A stretch of DNA of 64,000 bases from an uncultured Acidobacteriota bacterium (lineage in GTDB: Bacteria; Acidobacteriota; Thermoanaerobaculia; Multivoradales; UBA5704). Below are positions 45,286 to 56,000 of this stretch, piece after piece. A program made the translations under genes and the position numbers. The notes under the pieces are model-generated. The model saw nothing but the letters and a program-made list of their open reading frames with translations. It was not told the origin of the DNA and did no database searches. The stretch covers positions 544,001 to 608,000 of the forward strand of contig CAVYRF010000001.1 in assembly GCA_963770895.1 (NCBI GenBank). The letters run 5' to 3'. Position 1 is the first letter of the stretch; each line of letters starts with the position of its first letter.

Positions 45286-46134
45286 TTGGTGATGGCACCC
45301 CCGGATCGTCCCGCCATGCCTGACGTGTCGCCGGTGGCGCCCCTGGTCGCCGTCGAAGGGCTCGGCTATGCCTATCGCCAGGCGCCGGTGCTCGAAGACG
45401 TCCACCTGCACGTCGGCGCCGGCGAGGTCGTGGGACTCCTGGGACCCAACGGCTCGGGCAAGAGCACGCTCATCAAGGCCGTGTCCGGAATCCTGCCCGG
45501 CTACCGCGGCACCGTGCGCCTGGGCGGCAGCGACCTGCACGGCCTGTCGCGGCGGGACGTGGCCCGTTTCCTGGCGGTCGTCCCGCAGGAACCCACCTTC
45601 ACCTTCCCCTTTTCGGTGTTGGAGGTCGTCCTGATGGGCCGCCACCCCCACCTGGGCGCCTTCGAATTCGAATCGCGGGCCGACCTGGAAGCCGCCCGCA
45701 GCGCCCTGGCCCGCTGCGCCGCCGGCCACCTGGCCGACCGCACCATCCAGGAGCTCTCCGCCGGCGAGCGCCAGCGCGTCGTCTTCGCCCGCGGACTGGC
45801 CCAGTCCCCTCGCCTCCTGCTGCTCGACGAGCCCGCCAGCCACCTCGACATCCGCCACCAGGTCGAGATCTACGACCTGGTCCGCGAGCTCGCCCGGCAG
45901 CAAGGCCTGGGCATTCTCACCGTCCTCCACGAGCTCAACCTGGCCGCCGAATACTGCGACCGCGTCTACCTCCTCCGCAACGGCCGCGTCGCCCTGGACG
46001 GCCCCACGGCGCAGGTCTTCACCTACCAGAACCTGACCCACGTCTTCGAAGTCGACCTCTACGTCACCACCAACGACCTCACCGGCCGCCTCCTCATCGC
46101 CCCCCTCCCCGGCCACGCCCGCAAGCCCCTGTAG
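45286..46134 (+). CDS. FecE/BtuD-family ABC ATP-binding protein
   Basis: GPNGSGKST, VLMGRHPH, LSAGERQR, LLLLDEP, VLHELNLAAEYCD. Confidence 0.93.
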   Translation: MVMAPPDRPAMPDVSPVAPLVAVEGLGYAYRQAPVLEDVHLHVGAGEVVGLLGPNGSGKSTLIKAVSGILPGYRGTVRLGGSDLHGLSRRDVARFLAVVPQEPTFTFPFSVLEVVLMGRHPHLGAFEFESRADLEAARSALARCAAGHLADRTIQELSAGERQRVVFARGLAQSPRLLLLDEPASHLDIRHQVEIYDLVRELARQQGLGILTVLHELNLAAEYCDRVYLLRNGRVALDGPTAQVFTYQNLTHVFEVDLYVTTNDLTGRLLIAPLPGHARKPL

Positions 46135-46217
46135 CCCCTCTGCGTCCCTGCCGCGCTCGGAAGGCCTGGCCCGAGTGGCTTTCTGATGCGGCCGCCTCGT
46201 GCAAACAGGCCCAAAGC

Positions 46218-46766
<549 letters not shown>

Positions 46767-46802
46767 TACGCAAGTCTACCGCCGATGGGAAGGCGAGCAA
46801 AG

Positions 46803-47063
46803 TCAGCCTGGCTCTGGAGGTTCGGTTTCCTGTATGGGGTTCGCGGCAACAAAGGCTCTGCCTTTGTCCGTGATGAAGTATTTTGGTTGGGGGTGCTTTT
46901 CGGGAGGCACCGCGACGACGAAGCCGTTTTGTTTCAGGTATTGCAGGCAGTGCATGACGTCAGGTCCCCCGACAAGTCCAAAAAGACTCATGGAGCGATC
47001 GACCTGATACCAAGTCAGTTGGCCGTCGTGCTTCGCGATCAGGTATGCAATGACACTCATCAT
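46803..47063 (-). CDS. Small protein directly after the Rhs gene; candidate immunity protein (winged-helix-like)
   Basis: Starts 4 nt after the Rhs stop; lower GC; LTWYQVDR...LQYLKQNGFV...PKYFITDKGR. Confidence 0.6.
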   Translation of the reverse strand: MMSVIAYLIAKHDGQLTWYQVDRSMSLFGLVGGPDVMHCLQYLKQNGFVVAVPPEKHPQPKYFITDKGRAFVAANPIQETEPPEPG

Positions 47064-47067
47064 GCGA

Positions 47068-50000
47068 TCACTTTTTGAAAACCTTGATGGCGTCTGGGTG
47101 GTAGAGTTGTCCATTTTCGCCAGGGCCTCCAAGTCCATAGTCTTCCAGGGTGGCGGTGTGGGCATTGTTCCATAGATCGTGTGCTTCCAGCTCATCCACT
47201 GGTTCTCCACTCTCCCAGCCAAGTTTGCGGTAGCGAGTATACTCAGTCAGCTCATGGCTGTAAAAGTTGCGATCTACCGGGGTGGCCTCGATTTCGCCTC
47301 TGGCAATCGACCGCAGACGCTCGACCATGACTTGGTTAGCTGGGTCAGGGCCAAATCTTGACAGGTGGCGCTCGACAACCGCGATCCCATTGTCTTGAAT
47401 CTTGATCTTGTCGGCGGACAGATTGCGAACTGGACCGCCCGCGGCGTCCGGATCGAAGGGGCGATTGCTGGCGGGCCCGCGCGCACCCAATGGACGGCTT
47501 GGCTCCGGCACCGCGCTCTTGGTGGTTTCGGGGGCTCCAGCCTCGACTCCGGCGCCTTCGCTGCTTTCGGCGACCGTCGACGATTGGACGGTGTCCTGTG
47601 TGGCGGTGGCCTCGGCCGTCGCGGCTCCGCGCGAGGCCGCGGCGGTTTCCGTTGCGGTGGCGCTTTCGGCGGCAGCGGCACCTTCGGTGACCGCTGCGCC
47701 TTCTGTCACGGCGGCGCCTTCGGCGGCTGCCGCGGCGCTCTCGGTGGTCGCGGCGCCCGCGGCGGCTCCGGAGGCGGGGATCAATCCTGCCTTGGCGGCG
47801 GGTGCGGCGACCAGCAACGCGGTGCTGGCGATCTGCCCGACGCCGCCCAACAGCTCGCCGGTGGCTTGCAGTGCCTTTTCAGGATCGCCTTCGGCGACGG
47901 CTTCGCCGAAGTGCGTCCCAGCCTGTTGAATCTGGGTGACGCCGGTCAGCTGTTTGAGGTGCTCGACCTTGTCCGGAGCGTCTGAGAAACCGAGCGTGAC
48001 CACATGGGCGCGCTCCTTGAGCGTGCTGACCTCGGACGCGGCCTGCGCTTTCTCTACCAGGCTGCCCTTGGTGTGCTGGAAGGTCTTGACCTGTTTCTCC
48101 AGGGCGCTGATTTCGCCCACGGTGGCCAGGTCAAGGATGCCGGCGCCGATCTTGACGACGGATTTGACGTTGTTCTTGGTGAACTCCGTTGCGACGTCGG
48201 CGACCTGGTTGAGGTCCTTTTGGAACTCCTCCAAGCTGTAAAGGCCGTCCGGGTCGACGTATACGCTGGGATTGGCGAAGGCGTACAGGTACCGGTGCAG
48301 GCTGGGGGGAGTGTCGATGTTGCCTTCGACCGGGTCCTCGGTCAGGAAGCGCCCCACCGCCGGGTCGTAGTAGCGTGCCTTGAAGTAGTACAGGCCGGTT
48401 TCGCTGTCGCGCTCCTGGCCGGTGAAACCGAAGGCGCTGAAGGTGCTGCCGCCGGTGGCGCGGAAGTTGCCCCAGACGTCGTACTTGTAGGTAGCACGCA
48501 GGGCGCCGCTGGAAGTCGTCAGGTCGGTGACCGAGCCCAGCGAATCGAAGAGATAGAACGATCTACCCTCGGCCTGCTGATTTTGCGACAGCAGGCGGTC
48601 CGGACCGTAGTCGTATTTGGCCAGGGTCGTGCCGCTGGCATCGGTTTCCAGCAGGACGCTCTTGTCGTCGTAGGCGTAGTGGATGTAGCCCAGGGCGCCC
48701 TGCTTGAGGATCCGCAGGCCCTTGTAGTCGTACTCGTAGGTGCCCAGGGTGGAGGAGCCCTGGAGGACGGCGGTGAGCTGGGCGCGGACGTCGAACTGGA
48801 AGGTGGTGGTGGTGCCGTTCTGGGATTTGGACGTCTGGTTGCCGTTGGCGTCGTAGGTGTAGGCGACGCTCTGGGCAGGATTGATGTTGTCGGTGATGGT
48901 GGTCAGCTGGTGGCGCGCGTTGTAGGCCAGCAGGTGATTGGTCAGGGCGGTGCCGGCGGTGGCGGTGGCGACGGCGCTTTCGGTCAGCCGGTCGCCCACC
49001 CGGTCGTAGGTGTAGGCGACCTTCTGGTCGGCGTAGGTGGCGCCGGTCAGGCGGTCGGCGGCGTCGTACGCGTAGGTTGTCGTCTCCCCGCCGGCGGCAC
49101 CGTTGGCGCGAATCTCCAGCTGCTGGGTGCGGTTGCCGTCGGGGTCGTATTGATATTCAAAGTGCGACAGGACGACCGGCACCGCGTTGGGCGGCGAGCT
49201 TGGCGTCTCGCGGTTTTCCAGCACCTGGACCCTGGCGGCGGCGTCGTAGGTGGTGGCCTCGACGGCGCCGTTGGGGTAGGTGACGGTTTTCAGGCGGCTG
49301 TCGCGGAAATAGTCGTAGTTGCTGATGCCGGCGCTCGGGATGTTGACGGCGGTCAGCCGGTTCAAGGCGTCGTAGGTGTAGCGGGTGACGTTGCCGTCGG
49401 GGTCCTGCAGGCTGGTGCGGTTGCCGATCGGGTCGTAGGTGTAGGCCAGGGTGAGGTTGTAGCGATCGGTGACGCTCTGCAGGCGATCGAACAGGTCGTA
49501 GCCGCGGACGGTCTGGCGCGTCGCGGGGGTGCCGGTCCAGGTTTCGGTGATCGCGGTGGGGTTGTTGTTGGGGTCGTAGGTGAAGGCGATGCCGGACAGG
49601 TCGTCGCCGGTGGGGGCGGCCGGCAGGGGATAGGCGGCGGCGGCCTGGCGGTCGAGATTGTCGTAGGAGTAGCCAATGGTCTGGCCGTCGGCATCCTGCA
49701 GGCTGATGCGGTTGCCGTTGGGGTCGTAGCCGTAGTGCTCGGCCGCCGTATCGGGATAGGTCTTGCTGGTGGCGCGGTTGAGCGCGTCAAAGGCCCATTG
49801 GGTGGTGCGGCTTTCGGCGTCGGTGACGGCGGTGCGGTTGCTGTTGAGGTCGTAGGTGTAGGTCGTCAGGTTGCCGAGCGGGTCCTGCACCTGGGTCAGG
49901 CGGTTGGCGCCGTCGTAGGTGTACGTCCAGGGCTTCCCCGCAAAGGCCGGCCGCTGCTTTTGCAGGCGGTTGCCGACGCCGTCGTAGGTATAGGTGGTGG

Positions 50001-53000
50001 TGTCGCCTGCATTGTCGGTGTCGGTCAGCATGCGCCGCCGCAGGTCGTAGGTGTGGGTGGTGACGCGCAGCTCGGGGTCGGTGACCGTCAGGCGGTCGCC
50101 CATGTTGTCCAAGGTGTAGGTGGTGACCGCCGCCAGCGGACGGCTTTCGATCAGCACCAGGTTGCGCTCGTCGTATTGATAGCCGGTGATGTTGCCGTCG
50201 GCGTCAGTGACAAATTGCCGGTTGCCGTTGGCGTCGTACTGGATGCCTTGCAGGACGATGCCGGCCTTGGTGTTGGCGATCAGCCGTCCTTCGGGGTCGT
50301 AATTGAATTGGCTCAGGGTGCCGCGGCGGTCGACGTCGGTCACCTTGTTGCCCAGGCCGTCGTAGCTGAAGGTCTGGGTGTAGTTGAGCGGCGCCGGAGC
50401 GCTGGTCTGCACCAGGCGATTGAGACTGTTGTAGGCGAAGCCGGTGGTGTTGCCGCGGCGGTCGGTCTGCGAAATGCGATTGCCGGCGGCGTCATAGCCG
50501 ATCGCCGTGGTGTAGCCGAAGGGCGCCGGATCGGTGGTCTGCACCAGGCGGTCCAGGCGGTCGTATTGATAGGCGGTGGTGTTGCCGTTGGGGTCGGTCT
50601 CGGCGACGCGGTTGCCGGCGACGTCGTAGGCTAAGAGGACCTTGCGGCTGAGCGGCAGGTCCTGCTCGACGATGCGGTGCAGCGCATCAAAGTGATCGGT
50701 GGTCAGATTGCCGTTGGCATCGGTCGTGGTCAGCGCATCGCCGCTGGCGTCGTAGGTGGTGGCGCTCACCGGACCCTGGCTGTCGCTGGTGGCCAGCGGC
50801 CGATTGAGTGGATCGTAGGTGTGGGTAAAGACGTTGCCGTTGGGGAGCTGCTCGCTCACCCGGTTGTTGGCCCGGTCGTAGGTGTAGTTGGTGAACAGGG
50901 TGCGCGCTGGACGGGTGATGCGGGTCAGCTGCACGACTTTCTGCGTCATCCGGTTGCGCGCGTCGTAGCTCCAGGTGGCGACGTTTTGCAGCGGATCGAT
51001 CTGCTGCAAAAGGTTGCCCACCGCGTCGTAGGCCAAGCTGAGAGTGGCGCCCAGGGAATCGGACTTCAAGACCGCCCGGTTGAGCGGGTCGTAGACCGCG
51101 GTGTGCACGCGATCCTGCGGCACGTTGCGCCGGGTCTCTTTGAGCAGATTGCCGTTGCCGTCGTACTGGTTGACCGTTTCGCTGGGATGGCCCGTGGCCC
51201 AGGCCGGCTCGTCCTTCTGGATCAACCGGTTGAGCTCGTCGTACTTCTGCGTGGTGAGGCGCCCCAGCGGATCCTGGATCTGCACGTGGTTGCCATTGCC
51301 GTCCAGGGTCCATAGCATCGAAACTAGGCCGCTGTCGCCGGTGCGGTCGGTGCGGATGCGCCGATTGAGCGCGTCATAGGAGTGCGCGGTGATGCGCGGC
51401 ACGAAGTTTGAGCTCGCCCCCGGACCCGCCGCCCCGGCGTCGGTAATGGATTCGGTGGTGACGTTGCCGACGCCGTCGTAGGCGTATTGGGTGACCCGCC
51501 CCAGCGGCTCGTCGCGCTCGACCAACCGCTCGGCATCGTCGTACTGGAAGGTGGTGTCGTGCTCCGGGCTTGTCGAGTCGAACCAGTCGCTTTCCAGCGT
51601 CCTGTTGCCGGCCAGGTCGTAGGTGAAGACCTTCGCCGCACCTGCCGCGTCCTGGATCTTCACCGTCCTGCCCTGCAGGTCCATGCTGGTGATGGTGACC
51701 CGTCCCTCCGCGTCGGTCGAGGTGACCTGATCCAGGGCGTCGTCGTAGGCCAGGGTTTCTCCCGCCGTGGTCGAACCGACCTTGGGGTAGGTCTTGCCGG
51801 TCTGCCGGTCCAGCGTGTCGTAGGTGTAGCTGGTGAGGTTGTTCAGCGCATCCGTGTGGGTCAACGGCAGGCTGCGCACGCTCCAGGTGCTGGTCGCGAC
51901 GAAGCGCAGCGGGTCGGTGGTCGAAGCCAGGTTGCCGTAGGGATCGTAGGTGTAGAACGTCGGGTAGCCGCGGGCGTCGACCATCGAGGCCCGATCGCCG
52001 TTCTGGTAGTAGGTGTAGGCGACGGTGTTGGTCGACGTGCCGCCGCCGGCGTCGTGGACGGTGACCTGCTTTTGGGTCAGGTTGCCGGTGGGGTCGTAGG
52101 TGTACGACGTGGTGGTGCCGTTGCGATCGATGCGGGTCTGCACGCGGTCCTTGATGTAGGGCGGCGTGAAGGTGCTGGGCGGCCAATAGGTGGTCTGGAT
52201 CGAATAGGCGTGGGCCTGCCCCTGCACGTCGACGACGTTGATCGATTGGCTCAGCTCGTTGCCGAACCCGTCGTAGGTGTAGGCGGTGGCGTTGCCGTTG
52301 CCGTCGGTGCGGCCGGTCATCACAACGTCGTTGGCCGCCCAGGTGGTCTGCGTGGTGTCGTGGAGCGCGTCGACGATCTGCACCGCGCTGCCGTACTGGT
52401 TGAGGCTGTAGGTGGTCGCCTTGCCGAGCGGGTCGGTGACGCCGACGGTGAGCACCGGCGACGCGCGGCTCGACAGGCTGGGCAGGTCGTAGTTGAACTG
52501 GGTGACGCCGCCCGCGGGCTCGGTCAGCTGGATGACGTTGTAGGCCGGCACCAGGACGTTGCCCTGCAGGCCGATCGCCGCGAATTGATATAGATAGGTG
52601 GTGGTGGCGCCGTCCAGCTCGTTCTTGACCGTCAGCAGCTTGTGCCGCAGCTTGAGGTCGTAGTTGGGCGGCACGGCGTAGGTGTAGCTTTCGATACGGC
52701 TGCCCCCTTCGCGGCTGGCCTGCGTCATGTTGCCGTAGGGGTCGTACTGATAGGTCATGCTCATGCCGTCGGGGCCGTCGATCTCGCTGATCAGCGAACG
52801 CGGCTCGCCGGTCAGCGCCAGCGTCTGGCGCTGGTATTGAAAGCTCAGGGTGCGGCCGGAATCGTCGGCGACGGTGAGCAGCAGCGGCGGCTGCGTCGCG
52901 TCGCTGTTGTCGTAGGTGAGGCGTGTGGTCAGGCCGTTGGGATCTTTGATGTAGGTCAGCGGGAACTCGTTGTTGTTGCCGGGGATGAAGTGATATTGGC

Positions 53001-56000
53001 GCCCCGACTTGGCGTAGAAGTCGATGCTGTTGTCGGTGGTATTGGCCACCAGGCTGCCGTGGTAGCCCTTGAGCGGCACGTAGTTGCCCTGGCCGTCGCC
53101 GACGAAGCGCATGCCGGAGCCCTCGCCGCCGATGACGATGATGTCGCCGCAGGGCGTGATCACCGCCTTGGAGTCGAAGCTGTGGCTCCAGCCGACTCCC
53201 AGCGGCCCCGGCTCGTCTCCCGAGTTGCTGGCGTAGCCGCGCGTCAGCTCGAGCGCCGGACCGTGGCCGGGCAGCGAGATGTCGCTGCGCTGCACCGCGA
53301 CGTGGCCGTCGAACAGGTCGACGCCCTTGACGATCATGTGGCCTACCGGCAGCGAGTCGTGCGAGCGGTATTCCGAGATGATGGTGCCGGTGGCGTCCTC
53401 GGTCGAGCCGTCGTAGTCGCTGACCGCGTGCAGCTTGTACTGGTAGGTGCCCGGCGCCAGCTGGTAGCCGCCGGGGAGCCCTCCCGCCGGGCTGATCGCC
53501 ACGCTCTGCTGACCGACGCCGTAATCGGTGCTGTCGAAGAGCGTCTGTTCCGGGTCGGTGTTGGCCGAGCCGTCGGTGTTGACGCTGCTGATCTGCGCCA
53601 CGGTCAGCTTGATCTTGGCCGCCTGCGCCTGCGTCCAGCTGAGCGGCGCCACGTTGGAGCAGAAGCGCTGGTTGAGCACGTCGACGTCCTGCGACACGTA
53701 CACCGCCGCCGAGTGCTGCGCAAAGATCCCCTGGTGCAGCGGCAGGGTGAACAGGTCGGAGCGCGTCTCCCATGCCGCGCCGGCGTTGACCACCAGCTGC
53801 GCCTGGTTGGTGTCCGCGACCTTGAGCGTGGTGCCGCGCGGGATGTAGACGCTGCCGCCGCCGCTGCCCGGCACCACGGTCGCCACCGCGGTGCGGGTCA
53901 CCTGGCCGTTGACCAGCACGTTGAGCAGGTTGTAAGGCGCGTCGTAGGCCGCCGGCGGCACCTGGAACTGCACCTGGGTGTCGGCCGCCACCTGGCTGTT
54001 GGTGTCGAGCGCGATCGGCTGCGGGTCGGTGGCGGTCACCTGGGGATCGATGCCCCAGAAACCGAGCACGCGCGGATTGAGCATCGGCGGGAAGTTGTCG
54101 GTGAAGCTGCCCAGCTCGACCGCGCCGCCGTTGACCTGCGGGTATTGATAGTTGATCGTCGCCTGCACGGTCGCGGTGTTGAAGCCCGGCGCCGGCCCGG
54201 CGGTCAGCTGCGAGAGGTAGCCGTGCGTCCCCGAATCGTAGACGCCGGCCGCGGCGCTGCCGCCGTTGCTGACCGATACCTGCACCGTGCCCTGATCGGT
54301 CACCCAGGTCCCGGTCGGCAGGAAGAACAGGTAGGGATTGCCGTTGCTGTTGAAGCGCACCTGGTAGTCCGGCATCCAGCTCAGCAGCGTGACCGTCAGC
54401 GGCTGGCCGCAGGCCTGGCCGATCTTTGCCGTCACCTCGACCTGCAGCTTGACGTCCTGGGACTGCCAGACCACATAGCCGTCCGTCGCGATCGGCACGC
54501 AGTCCTTGGCTTCGTCAGGCAGGGTGCCGACGAACAGCTGGCCGGCCGAGGGGTAGAAGGGGTAGCTGATCGGTCCCAGGCCGTCGGCCGACGTCTTCAC
54601 GGTGTAGACCTGGGTCACGTCGTTGCCCAGGATGACGCCGCCGACGGCGCCGTAGCTGGACGACAGGACGGTTACCGTGGGGCTGCCGCACTGCCCGATC
54701 ATCGGGCTTGGCAAATTGCCGCAGCCGTCGTTGTCCGCGTCGAAGACGGCGGCGCCCATGGCCTGGCTGCCGCTGCCGCCGTTGCCGCTGCCGCTGCCGC
54801 TGCTGGCATTGGTGCACACCAGGTCGTTGCGCGCCGCGTTGCTGGAGGCGTCGAACAGCACCGGCACGTTGGAGACCGGATTGCCGTACTGGTCCTGGAC
54901 GACCACCCAGATGTCGCCGGCGTACATGCCCGGCATGCCGCCATAGCTGGTGCCGGCCGGATTGAACGTGTCCACCAGCTGGGTGGGCGTGTCCGGCATG
55001 CCGTACATGGTGAAGGCGCCCTGGTCGACGCCCATCGCGCCCTGGTGGGTGCTGACCGAGGCATCGATCAGCTGCGCCAGCGCCAGCGTCACGTGCACGT
55101 CGCCGGGATTGCGTTCCAGGTAGGTGGGGCTGTCGCTGGTCAGCTGGTCGAGCACCGCCGACACCGAGGCGCGGCCCAGCTGGTCGGCCTGCACGGTGAC
55201 GCTGTCGCTCTGCGTGCCGGTCACCGGATCGATCAGCTTTCCCACCGACTGCTTGGTGGTAAAGGTGACCGATGCCCCCACCACGGGCCGCCCCTGCGCA
55301 TCGCGCACCAAAACGGCGAGCGGGATCGGCAGCGTCTTGCCCACCGTGCCGGTCTGCTGGTCGGTCGCCGACACCTTGATCATGCTGGCCGCCGCCAGCG
55401 CGTCGGTGTTGGGCTGCGAGCCGTAGGGGTCGGCCAGGGCGTTCTTGAGGAAATCGAGCGTCCACTGGTCGGGCGATTGTGCCGTGGCGCCGCCGGCAAG
55501 GCCGCCGGCGATCATGTAGGCGCCGCCGCCGCTGGCCGGGTCTTCCACCCGCCACACCGCCCCGGTCCAGGCAAAGCGGCCGATCGGCGCGATGGGCGCG
55601 TCCACGGTCATGCCCAGCCGCAGCCAGTTCTGGATGTCGGCCACGACCGTCGCCGGCAGCTGCAGCGTCGGCACCAGCTGCGCCCCGTTCTGCGCCGTCA
55701 GGTGCAGCACCGCGACGTTCGCCTGCGCCGCCACCCCCAGCCCCTTGTCGGCGGAGATCGAATCCACCTCGAAGTCGCCTTCGAACGTGGTGTGCTCCAG
55801 GGCCGAGCCTTCGAGCGCCGAAAGGCGCATCCAGTCGAAGGCGGTGGTGGCGTCGGCGCCGCGCGCGAAGGGTTCGGCGACGCGCAGCGGCGCGTCCAGC
55901 GTCACCCCCTGCCAGCGCAGGGCGTAGGGGAGCGATTCCACCTGGTCGATCGCCACCGCGTCGGCGACCACCGCCAGCGACGGCAGCGGCCGCACGATGC

